DNA of 64,000 nucleotides from Acidobacteriota bacterium. GTDB taxonomy: Bacteria; Acidobacteriota; CAIWXX01. Shown piece after piece: positions 41,501 through 48,500 of this stretch (its first letter is position 1; the number at the start of each line of letters is the position of its first letter). The stretch is from assembly GCA_040755995.1 (NCBI GenBank), contig JBFMAF010000036.1, forward strand, positions 192,001 through 256,000, in the 5' to 3' direction. The notes under the pieces were generated by a model. The model worked only from the letters and a program-made list of their open reading frames with translations, did not search any database and was not told the origin of the DNA. The translations under genes were made by a program, and so were the position numbers.

Positions 41501-44500
41501 ATACCGCGATGTACATCCTGGACGCCTCTCTGCACCCGGTGCCGGCCGGGGTGTTCGGCGAGCTGTACATCGGCGGAGATGGGGTGGCGCGCGGATACCT
41601 GAACCGGCCCGAGCTGACAGCCGAGAAGTTCATGCCGGACCAATTCAGCGGGATCGAGGGTGCACGTCTCTACAGGACCGGTGATTCGGCGCGTTTCCTG
41701 GCGGATGGAACCATAGAGTACGGGGGACGCATCGATCACCAGGTCAAGGTACGCGGTTTCCGGATCGAGCTGGGCGAGATCGAGTCGGTGCTTGGCCGGC
41801 ACGCATCTGTCGCGAACTCGGTTGTAGTCGTGCGCGAAGATGTGCCCGGCGACAAGAGGCTGGCGGCCTACGTGGTCCCGCGGCAGGACGCAGCCGTTGT
41901 GATTGGCGAGCTGCGGGAGATGCTGCGCGAGAGCCTGCCCGACTACATGATGCCGTCCGCATTCGTTGTGATGGATGCGCTGCCACTGACGCCGAACGGG
42001 AAGATCGACCGGCGCGCGCTGCCGGCGCCCGATCAGGCCGCGCAGGATGCGGGAACGACGTACGTGGCTCCCAGGACGCCGCATGAAGAGGTGCTCGCCG
42101 GGATCTGGGCCGAGGTGCTTCGCCGGGAGCGCATCGGGGTTCACGACGACTTTTTCGATCTGGGAGGGCACTCGCTGCTTGCCACACAGGTTGTGTCGCG
42201 CGTGCGAGCCGCATTTCAGAAGGAGCTTCCATTGAGAAGCCTCTTCGAGAACCCGACGATCGCGGGTCTAGCTGCACGATTGACCGGAGACCAGTCTAAC
42301 CTCGCCGCCAGTATCCCGCCGCTCCTCCCGATGCCGCGAGAAGGTCGGATCCCGCTCTCGTTCGCGCAGGAGCGGATGTGGTTCCTCAACCAGCTCGATC
42401 CAGAGACGACGGCCTACAACCTGTATTCCGCAATGCGTCTCACGGGCGCCCTCGATCTCGGCATCCTCGGGAAGGGCCTCAACGAGATCCTGCGGCGCCA
42501 CGAGAACCTGAGGACAGTCTTCGTTTCGGTCGATGGGCACCCGTGCCAGGTCATAGCGCCCGAGCTGGAGCTCGAGCTGGAGTTTTCGGACATCGCCGGC
42601 CTTGCGGAGCCCGATCGTGAGAAGGAGGCCAGGAGACTGGCGGACATCGAGAACAACAGGCCCTTTGACCTGATCCGCGGACCTCTCGTCCGGATGAAGG
42701 TGCTCCGCCTCGGCCCCACCGAACACATCCTGCTCGCCGCCATGCACCACATCATCACGGATGGGTGGTCTGCGAGAGTCTTCATTCGAGAGCTCATCGA
42801 GCTGTACCGCGCATTCTCAGAAGGTCTGCCATCCCCACTGCCGGAGCTGCCCATTCAGTACGCTGATTTCGCGCTCTGGCAGAGAGGGTGGCTGCAAGGG
42901 GAGGCTCTCGATGAGCAGATGTCCTACTGGCAGAGGAAGCTCGGTGGAAACCCGCCCGTGCTCGAGCTTCCCGCGGACCGCTCGCGCTCACACACGCAAG
43001 GCTTCCAGGCGGCCCACGAATCCGTGACGATCCCGCCGGCTGTCGTCGACGCGTTGAAGAAGCTCAGCCGTCTCCACGGAAGCTCCCTCTACATGACGCT
43101 CCTTGCCGGTTTCGAGGCTCTTCTGTATCGCTACACGGGACAGGATGACTTCCTGATCGGCGCGCCGATCGCCAACCGCAACAGGGCTGATACCGAAAAC
43201 CTCATCGGGTTCTTCCTCAACACGCTGATCATCCGCGCAGACCTCGCGGGAGATCCGTCGTTCGAGGAACTTCTGGAACGCGTGCGAAACGTCTCACTCG
43301 AAGCGTTTGCGCATCAGGACCTCCCGCTCGAGCAAGTCCTTCGCGTCTTCCCGTCAGATCATCAACTGACACGCACTTCTCCATTCCAGGTGATGTTCCT
43401 TCTCCAGAACATCCCGCCTCTGGACAGGGCTGTTTCGCAGCTCACTATCACCGCGGTTGACACCGCGCGGGGAGTGGACCTCGGCACTGCCATCTTCGAT
43501 CTTGCGATGACTGTGCAGGAGCGCGATGGCGGTCTGGATGCCAGCATTCTGTACAATGCGGGACTCTTCGATGCGGTGAGCATCACCCGGATGCTCGATC
43601 GCTACCGATCACTTCTGGAAGGTGCCGCCGGCGCGCCGTCACAGCGCCTCTCGCGCTTGGGTCTGATGAATGAGGTGGAACGTCAGGATCTGCTGGCGCG
43701 CTCGATCGGACCATGCGACAGCGATGGCGCTCCACTTGCGCACCGCATGTTCGAGGCTCGCGTCGAAGTGACACCCGAGCAGGTGGCGGTTCTCTCGGAA
43801 GATCGGCAGCTCACCTACCGGGATCTGAACGCAGAAGCCAACCGGCTGGCCCGCCGGCTGCAGGCGCTCGGCGCCGGCCCCGAAGTCCGCGTCGCGATCT
43901 GCATGCCGCGGTGCGTCGAGATGATCGTTGCTGTGCTCGGTGTGTTGAAGGCTGGCGCCGCCTACGTCCCGATCGATCCGGCCTATCCCGTGGATCGAAA
44001 GGAGTTGATCATCTCCGAATCCGGCGTCTCGCTCATCCTCACGACCAGCTCCACGACCGCCTCGCTGCCCATACTGGGAATCCCGAGCGTTCCAGTCGAT
44101 GCAGAGCAGGATCCCGCGATTGCTGGCTCAGACTCGAACCTGCCCTGTTCGGTTGTGCCCGAGAACTTGGCCTATGTGATCTTCACGTCGGGATCGACGG
44201 GAAGGCCCAAGGGGGTCATGAGCCAACACGGCTCGCTGGCCAACTACACGAGAATCGCCGGGGAAGCCTACGATCTGAGGCCCGGCGACCGCATGCTGCA
44301 GTTCGCCTCCTTGAGCTTCGATGCGAGCGCAGAGGAGATCTTCCCCACCTTGGCACAGGGCGCGACGCTCGTTCTCCGTCCCGATACCATGATCTCTTCA
44401 TTCTCTCACTTCGTCGAGGTGTGCTCGGAGCTGCGCCTCACTCACCTCGACCTGCCCACCGCCTTCTGGCACGAGCTGACCAGGGCGATCGATACCGAAC

Positions 44501-45558
44501 GGCTGACGCTCCCGTCGTCACTACGCGTGGTAATCCTCGGCGGCGAGCGCGCCCTTCCCGACCGGCTAACGATGTGGCGGCGCAACGCGCCTGCATCCGT
44601 GCGGCTCTTCAACACGTATGGCCCCACGGAATCCACGATCGTTGCCACCATGCATGAAGTGCCTCTCGATGCGGCTGAGCAAGACGGGCTGCGCGAGATG
44701 CCGATCGGAGGGCCGATACCGAGGTCGCACGTCTACGTGATGGATCCGAACCTGGATCTCGTGCCCGTGGGCATTCCCGGTGAGTTGCACATTGGCGGCG
44801 ACGGCCTGGCCCGCGGCTACCTGAATCACCCGGAGACGACTGCCGAGAGGTTCGTGCCGAACCCGTTCGCGGTCCGGCCTGGCGACCGGCTTTACAAGAC
44901 CGGCGACCTCGTGCGGTGGCGCCCGGACGGCGCAATCGAGTTCCTGGGTCGCATCGACCATCAGGTCAAGGTACGGGGCTTCCGTGTAGAGCTCGGCGAG
45001 GTCGAGGCGGTCCTTGCGCAGCACCCGTCGCTGATCGGGTGCGCGGTCACAGCGCGTGAGGACTCCGCCGGCGATCGCCGCCTCGTCGCCTATGTCGTCG
45101 CGGCTCAGGACCGCGCGCCGGCACCGGGCGAACTGCGCGCTTATCTGCAGGAGCGCATGCCGTCGTACATGGTACCTTCCACGATCATCCTGCTCGATTC
45201 GCTGCCGCTCACGCCGAGCGGCAAGGTCGACCGGCGGGCACTCCCGGCTCCGGATCGAATCCGGCCCGACCTGGAAAGCTCGTTCGCAGCTCCTACCAAC
45301 GAGATCGAGGAGAACCTCGTCGAGATCTGGTGCGATGTGCTCGGTCTGGAACAGGTGGGGATCAACGACAACTTCTTCGAGCTCGGAGGCCACTCCCTGC
45401 TACTCCCGCAGGTTATCCATCGCGTACGCGAGACATTCCAGATCGACGTTCCGTTGAGGAGCCTCTTCGAAGACCCCACGATCGCGAGCCTCGGGCTGGT
45501 CATCGAAGAGCGGATCCTGGATGAGATCGAAGGCGTCACCGAAGACGGTGTGACGTAG
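29497..45558 (+). CDS. Five-module NRPS (C-A-PCP)x5; predicted X(anionic?)-X(anionic?)-Gly-Gly-Lys/basic
   Basis: Five HHxxxD C motifs and five GGHSL PCPs. Codes by eye: DARHFALLVK, DVRHFALLAK, DILQLGMVWK x2 (Gly) and DAEDIGTIVK (Lys/Orn/Arg-like). Start ATG 29497 overlaps the upstream stop. Confidence 0.95.
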   Translation: MTEVAKRIESLSPEQRRLLELRLRKRGKQPAKLTLIPRREKRDTAVLSFAQQRLWFLDQLEPGSPSYNIPTAIRIRGVLDVGALQRSLDEVIRRHESLRTTFRTSEGHALQVIAPEIVLPIEVVEMAETSPAEQESGLLRLAEEHAGRPFDLTRGPLLRVTLVRADERDHVLLVTMHHVISDGWSMSILVREMCTLYQAFANSLPSPLPPLPLQYADYASWQREWLQGPTLEAQRAYWKTQLATAPPTLDLPADRPSDPVPAAKSGTRSMRLSKELSKSLRELSQEQGTTLFMTLLAVFKLLLHRLTGQEDIVVGSPIAGRGHSQVEGLIGFFVNTLLLRTDLSGRPAFAALLKRVRDVTLSAYSHQEYPFEKLVEDLHPDRDLGRNPFFQVMFNLLNTPHTSLSTPGLSFEDAELTDTAAHFPLTCYVEDFDETLNFRLVFQASMFSSSRVDCMLDQYRHLLEQIVDAPERSIGSFSLLTPASRALLPDPSIALDVPTHAPVTETFMSWVRRTPDATAVSVDGSSRTYLELGERASEIAQVLVDQGLSRGDVVAVVGSRCFGLVAGMLGVLRAGGVMLLVDRNLPLERQRVMFAESRARSALLIGCEAMADPELDQDRFDVVRRIDRGCGRVIGEPARSEHARLPSVGPDDPAYIFFTSGSTGTPKGILGSHKGLSHFVAWERETFGVTSEDRVAQLIALSFDALLRDFFLPLVSGATLCLPPDDVDMGADQIVPWLERERITIFHTVPSIARTWLANAPRVSLGSLRWAFFAGEPLPEALVRRWRETFPDSGKIVNLYGSTETTLVKFYYVVPDEPLAGVQPAGWPLPQTQGLVLGDDGRLCGIGEPGEIFVRTPFRTLGYLNTPEENRLRFVANPFGNDPDDLLYRSGDRGRYRPDGSLEILGRFDHQVKIRGVRVELSEIEAALSKHPDLQGTAVIASEDVLGNKRLVAYVACSPQEQPTSGELRSFLRGMLPEYLIPSVFVTMAALPLTSSGKVDRRALPEPAQGPEDGDGSYVAPRTPDEELLAGIWQDVLGLDRVGVHDNFFDRGGHSLLATQVISRARTACQRELPLRILFETPTIAGLAGYIAAQRAESSGPVPQLVPVPRKGSVPLSFAQERLWILNQLDSESAAYNVFRAVRLKGELDLDLLRKSFNDLVSRHESLRTTFQAEDGVPVQVIGPHHSLDIPLHDLRCLIGEAQQDEIMRLADEESERPFDLTRGPLLRVTVLRLDDADHIMFLTFHHIITDGWSMWVFVREMALLYQAHAEGRPSPLQDLSIQYADFALWQRDYLRGETLKSHRSYWETQLAGAPGAIELPVDGTSQEDVGSKGGIRTLHLSAALSKSLRDLSRRHGATLFMTLLAAFKALLHRLTAQDDIVVGSPIAGRIRPEIENLIGFFVNTLVLRTDLSGRPTFVELLRRVREVTLGAYSHADYPFEKLVEDLHPDRDMGRNPFFQVLFNFISTPPHSLTLPALSLGFEELTEPPRRFPITFYALDFEEALSFRLVYQTSLFSSSRIESLLDQYHHLLEQIVESPELPVGALSLVTPAARRLLPDPARPLDEPAFEPVADMFYRWVDQAPASPAVSTGRAVWSYAALGRRATDIARRLAGSGLNRGDVVAIAGARSVGVVACMLGVLRAGGALLLVDKNLPVQRQRLMIREAQARHALFVGEVPLEASEFLSVQRVDEGDGCIRGEGSTVDASALPASCPDDPAYVFFTSGSTGTPKGVLGCQKGLSHFLAWQREMFAVGPQDRSAQLTALSFDVVLRDVLLPLVSGATLCIPPEDMDLGPDRIIPWLDSERITVLHTVPTLARTWLARAPEGVHPRALRWVFFAGEPLPESLVLRWRETFSGGGTIVNLYGPTETTLAKFSYAVPDEPAPDVQPVGWPLPETQGLVLGEGGVLCGIGEPGEIVIRTPFRSLGYLNAPEENQRRFFPNPCSGDPRDLLYRSGDRGRYRPDGSLEILGRLDFQAKIRGVRVELQEVEAALGRHPGVQAACVVAPEDAHGGRFLAAYIVPNGRTKIHRGELRRFLKEKLPEYMIPAVFVELEAMPLTSSGKVNRRALPPPEQLSSEVEEAFVAPCSHEEQVLAAIWGDVLGRERIGIHDNFFDLGGHSLLATQVVSRARSALQKEIPLRALFENPTIAGLAGVIAAGTQQSAAVAQIVPMPRDGNIPPSFAQERMWFLNQFDPGTAAYNTYRAVRLRGTLDVDILTRCVNEIVRRHEALRTVFVSIDGYPYQVVRPELHVSIPVQDIGAPDQENAVLRLAREESERPFDLEHGPLLRFALLRLGAADHVMLLTFHHIITDAWSSWTFVRELTLLYESYLEGMPSPLPELPVQYADFALWQRRWLQGEVLASHISYWKAKLRGAPPLLTLPTTHPRPAVQTFNGAHYTEVLPPSLMTALRDVSHRNGATLFMSLLSAFSVLLSKYAGQDDVLIGSPIANRNRSEIENLIGFFVNTLVFRADVSGDPTFTELLARVRETTMEGYAHQDVPFEKLVEELHPERDLSHPPLFQVMFIMQNVPRTSIALSGLTLDPLEIDNEASKFDLTLSVTESEQGLFASYEYNTDLFDAAAIERMAGHFRVLLESMAGRPESRISELPLMSGPEQERVLVEWNATRREYRREKCVHELFEEHAARSPEATAIVFQDQALTYAELDARANQVANYLMAFGAGPETLVGICIDRSLEMVVGLLGILKSGSAYVPLDPEYPKERLAYMIEDARVGVLLTQERLDSALPAHAATVVRLDSGWGDVARESTDKPAAHVDSESLAYVIYTSGSTGRPKGVQIPHRALTNFLVSMLVEPGLGKEDTLVAVTSLSFDIAALEIYLPLIAGGRIVLMSREVVGDGERLRDVLARSAATVMQATPATWRLLVDADWRAGDGFRALCGGEALPESLSAELQSRCGSVWNMYGPTETTVWSSIERCTDRKPTIGRPVANTTMYILDASLHPVPAGVFGELYIGGDGVARGYLNRPELTAEKFIPDQFRGIEGARLYRTGDSARFLADGTLEYAGRIDHQVKVRGFRIELGEIESVLGRHASVANVVAVVREDVPGDKRLVAYVVPRQDATVASGELREMLRESLPDYMMPAAFVMLDALPLTPNGKIDRRALPAPDQAAQDAGTTYVAPRTPHEEVLAGIWAEVLRREGIGVHDDFFDLGGHSLLATQVVSRVRAAFQKELPLRSLFESPTIAGLAARLTGDESDLAAGIPPLVPMPREGRIPLSFAQERMWFLNQFDPGTSAYNLYRAVRLRGTLDLALLEQCVNEIIDRHEALRTRFIPIDGYPFQVVPPASRLPVPLRDLRDLPEPERDTIVMELLKEESQRPFDLAGGPLVRVTAFRLGAEDHFLLLTFHHIASDAWSIWGFIREMSVLYQAHLEGRPSPLPDLSVQYADFALWQREWLRGEALASQVSYWREKLQGAPPLLTLPTTHPRPPMQTFNGSRHTTVLSPALMAALKDLSRRNGATLFMTLLSGFSALLSKYSGQDDVPVGSPIANRNRSEIENLIGFFVNTLVFRTDVSGDPTFTELLSRVRETTMEGYLYQDVPFEKLVEELQPERDLSHPPLFQVMFIMQNVPQTTVELPGLTLDLLEVGSAASKFDLTLSVTEAEEGLYASYEYNTDLFDAAAIERMAGHFRVLLESIANRPESRISELPLMTLPEQERVLVEWNDTGREYRRERCMHELFEEQAARSPEATAIVFQDQALTYGELDARANQVANYLSARGAGPETLVGICIDRSLEMVVGLLGILKSGSAYVPLDPEYPKERLAYMIEDARVGVLLTQERLDSVLPAHAATAVRLDSGWGDVARESTEKPAAHVDSESLAYVIYTSGSTGRPKGVQIPHRALTNFIESMLVEPGLRREDTLVAVTSLSFDIAALEIYLPLIAGGRVVLASREVATDGERLRDALTRSAGTVMQATPATWRLLVDAGWRAGDGFRALCGGEALPESLAVELQKRCGSVWNMYGPTETTVWSSIERCTDRKATIGRPVANTAMYILDASLHPVPAGVFGELYIGGDGVARGYLNRPELTAEKFMPDQFSGIEGARLYRTGDSARFLADGTIEYGGRIDHQVKVRGFRIELGEIESVLGRHASVANSVVVVREDVPGDKRLAAYVVPRQDAAVVIGELREMLRESLPDYMMPSAFVVMDALPLTPNGKIDRRALPAPDQAAQDAGTTYVAPRTPHEEVLAGIWAEVLRRERIGVHDDFFDLGGHSLLATQVVSRVRAAFQKELPLRSLFENPTIAGLAARLTGDQSNLAASIPPLLPMPREGRIPLSFAQERMWFLNQLDPETTAYNLYSAMRLTGALDLGILGKGLNEILRRHENLRTVFVSVDGHPCQVIAPELELELEFSDIAGLAEPDREKEARRLADIENNRPFDLIRGPLVRMKVLRLGPTEHILLAAMHHIITDGWSARVFIRELIELYRAFSEGLPSPLPELPIQYADFALWQRGWLQGEALDEQMSYWQRKLGGNPPVLELPADRSRSHTQGFQAAHESVTIPPAVVDALKKLSRLHGSSLYMTLLAGFEALLYRYTGQDDFLIGAPIANRNRADTENLIGFFLNTLIIRADLAGDPSFEELLERVRNVSLEAFAHQDLPLEQVLRVFPSDHQLTRTSPFQVMFLLQNIPPLDRAVSQLTITAVDTARGVDLGTAIFDLAMTVQERDGGLDASILYNAGLFDAVSITRMLDRYRSLLEGAAGAPSQRLSRLGLMNEVERQDLLARSIGPCDSDGAPLAHRMFEARVEVTPEQVAVLSEDRQLTYRDLNAEANRLARRLQALGAGPEVRVAICMPRCVEMIVAVLGVLKAGAAYVPIDPAYPVDRKELIISESGVSLILTTSSTTASLPILGIPSVPVDAEQDPAIAGSDSNLPCSVVPENLAYVIFTSGSTGRPKGVMSQHGSLANYTRIAGEAYDLRPGDRMLQFASLSFDASAEEIFPTLAQGATLVLRPDTMISSFSHFVEVCSELRLTHLDLPTAFWHELTRAIDTERLTLPSSLRVVILGGERALPDRLTMWRRNAPASVRLFNTYGPTESTIVATMHEVPLDAAEQDGLREMPIGGPIPRSHVYVMDPNLDLVPVGIPGELHIGGDGLARGYLNHPETTAERFVPNPFAVRPGDRLYKTGDLVRWRPDGAIEFLGRIDHQVKVRGFRVELGEVEAVLAQHPSLIGCAVTAREDSAGDRRLVAYVVAAQDRAPAPGELRAYLQERMPSYMVPSTIILLDSLPLTPSGKVDRRALPAPDRIRPDLESSFAAPTNEIEENLVEIWCDVLGLEQVGINDNFFELGGHSLLLPQVIHRVRETFQIDVPLRSLFEDPTIASLGLVIEERILDEIEGVTEDGVT
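36529..42400 (+). repeat. Near-identical tandem NRPS module duplication (two Gly modules, offset 3165 bp)
   Basis: For example, 37621 GCATACGTTCCGCTCGA.CCGGAGTATCCGAAAGAGCGGCTGGC recurs at 40786. Long identical stretches run from the C-domain C-lobe through A and PCP. Confidence 0.9.
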
Positions 45559-45570
45559 ATTGGACCAACC

Positions 45571-48500
45571 ATGAAGTCGAACATTGGAGCGAAGCCCATG
45601 GGATCCGGAGAACCCCGGCCGGACTTTGCAGATCGCATGAACGCCGCAAAAGAACGATTGTCGATGACGAGCGAACCCCGGGGACACCGGTCCGCAGCGC
45701 CCGCGCGTGGGCAGCACGGATCTGAGGCAAGTGTCCGCCCGACCACCCAGGCTGACGGGCGGGTCGAGTGCCTGATGGAGCTGTTCGAGGACCAGGTGGA
45801 TCGATCCCCCGGCCAGGAGGCCCTCATAGACGGGCACCGCCGCCTGACCTACCGAGAGCTGGAGATGCGGTCGAATCAGCTTGCGCACCGGCTGACGGCA
45901 GCCGGAGTCGGGCCCGAGGTCCTTGTCGGGATCTGCATGCAGCGTTCCGCGGAAATGGTGGTCGGTGTGCTGGGAATCCTGAAGGCCGGTGGTGCCTACG
46001 TGCCGCTCGACCCAGCCTACCCGAAGGACCGGCTTGCGATCGTGCTGGAAGACGCGCAGGTGCCGGTGCTGCTGACCAACGAGACCGAGCTCGGATGCCT
46101 GCCGCAGCTCGCGAATGTTGAGACGATCTGTCTGGACCGCGAGAAGGGGATCATCTCACAGGAGAGCACGGAGAGGCCGCGCAGGCGAGCTACCGCCCGC
46201 AACCTGGCGTACATCATCTACACATCGGGATCTACGGGACGGCCCAAGGGCGTGGCAATCGAACACTCGAGCGCGGTGACCTTCGTGATGTGGGCAGGGG
46301 AGGTCTTCTCGCGCGAGGAGCTGACGGCCGTCCTGGCTTCCACGTCGCTCTGCTTCGACCTCTCGGTTTTCGAGATATTCGTGCCGCTGAGCTGCGGCGG
46401 AACAGTCGTTGTGGCCCGAAACGCACTCCAGTTGCCGTCGCTTCCCGCTTCGCAAGAGGTGACGCTCATCAATACCGTGCCGTCGGCGATGGCCGAGCTC
46501 GTGAGAATGGACGCCATTCCAGAACGTGTGCGCACGGTGAACCTCGCGGGTGAACCGCTGAAGAACACGCTCGTCCAACGTGTCTACGCACGAAAGACAG
46601 TCGAACGCGTCTACAATTTGTACGGTCCCTCAGAGGACACCACATACTCAACCTTCGCGCTCGTGCCGAGGGGCGGGACGCGGGCTCCCACAATCGGCAG
46701 GCCGATCGCGAATTCGCAGACCTACATCCTCGATGCTCAGATGCACCCTGTCCCTGCCGGGGAGGTTGGAGAGCTGTATATCGGCGGAGCGGGATTGGCG
46801 CGGGGCTACCTCAACCGGCCTGACGTGACCGCAGAGCGCTTCGTTCCAGACCCGTTCGGCGGCGAACCCGGTGGGCGGCTCTACACGACCGGCGACCTCG
46901 CGCGACTCCTCCCAGACGGCGAAATCGACTTCCTGGGACGCGCTGACCACCAGGTCAAGCTGCGGGGATTCCGCATCGAGCTCGGCGAGATCGAAGTCCT
47001 GCTCGAACAACAACGCGGAGTAAGAGAGGCAGTCGTGATAGTCCGTGAGGACATCCCCGAGGACAAGCGTCTTGTCGCGTACGTGGTCCCAGATGCCGGC
47101 GCGCGGATCGAACCGCGGGAGATCCGGAATTCGCTGAAGCAGAAGCTCCCGGAATACATGCTCCCGCCGGCGATCGTGGTCATGAACTCCTTGCCGCTGA
47201 CGCCGAACGGAAAGGTGAATCGGTTGGCATTGCCGGCCCCGGACTGGAGTGCCTGCGGGGACCACCGGGAACACGTGGGGCCTCGCACGCCGGTCGAGGA
47301 GGTGCTGGCGGGAGTCTTCGCCGAGGTGCTCGGCATCCAGAGAGTCAGCGTCCGGGACAACTTCTTCGAGATCGGCGGTCATTCACTGCTCGCCACACGC
47401 GTCATCTCTCGAATCCGGTCCGCATTCGGCGCGGAACTGCCTCAAGGACGGATCTTCGATGCCCCCACCGTTGAGGCGCTGGCGGAAGCCGTCGAGACGG
47501 CGCTTCGCGCAGGCACCCACGACGAGCTGCCGCCTCTCAAGCGCGCAGCGAGAGAGGGGCGGGACCGATTCCCGCTCTCCTTCGCGCAGCAGGGCTTGTG
47601 GTTCCTGGATCAACTGGCGCCGGATTCCGCTGCATACAACATCCCCTACAAAGTCGACATGACAGGCCCCTTGGATGTGAGCGCTCTCAGGAGCGCGCTG
47701 AACGAAATCGTGAAGCGACACGAAGCGCTGCGGACGACTTTTCACCTGGCTGAGGACAATCCCTTCCAGAGGATTCACCCCCCCAGGCCCCTCACAATCC
47801 CGTTCATCGACCTCTCATGTCTCTCGGCGACAGAGAGCGAGGATGGGGTTCGCCGGATGGAGGCCGACGAGGCGCGGAGGCTCTTCGACCTGAGAACCGG
47901 ACCTCTCATGCGAGTCGTCCTCCTGCGTCTCGGCCGCGAGAAACACAAGCTCCTGTTGACCATGCACCACATCGTCGGCGATGACTGGTCATCCGGCGTG
48001 CTCTTCAGCGAGCTCGCGACACTCTACAAAGCGTTCTCCTCGGGCATGCCATCGCCGCTTCCCGACCTGCCGATTCAGCCCGCCGACTTCGCGCTCTGGC
48101 AGCGCGAGTCGTACTCCGCCGATAGATTGAAGCAGGAGCTCTCCTACTGGAGGCAGAGGCTGGCGGGCGCACAGGGGGTGCTCGAGCTGGCCACGGACCG
48201 TCCCAGACCTCCTGTGCGGACCTTCTCCGGTGCAGCCGTGTCACTCGCGCTTCCACCGGCACTGGGCGACGCCATCAAGTCGCTCTGCCAGCAGGAAGGA
48301 GTGACCCTTTTCATGCTGCTTATGGCGGCGTTCAAGGCATTCCTCCACCGCCACACAGGCCAATCCGACATCATCGTCGGGACCCCGATCGCAGCCAGAA
48401 CCCGGGCGGAGATCGAAGGGCTCATCAGCTTCTTCGTGAACACGCTCGCCCTGCGCACCGATCTTTCGGGCGACCCGAGCTTCCGCGCGCTGCTTCGCCG

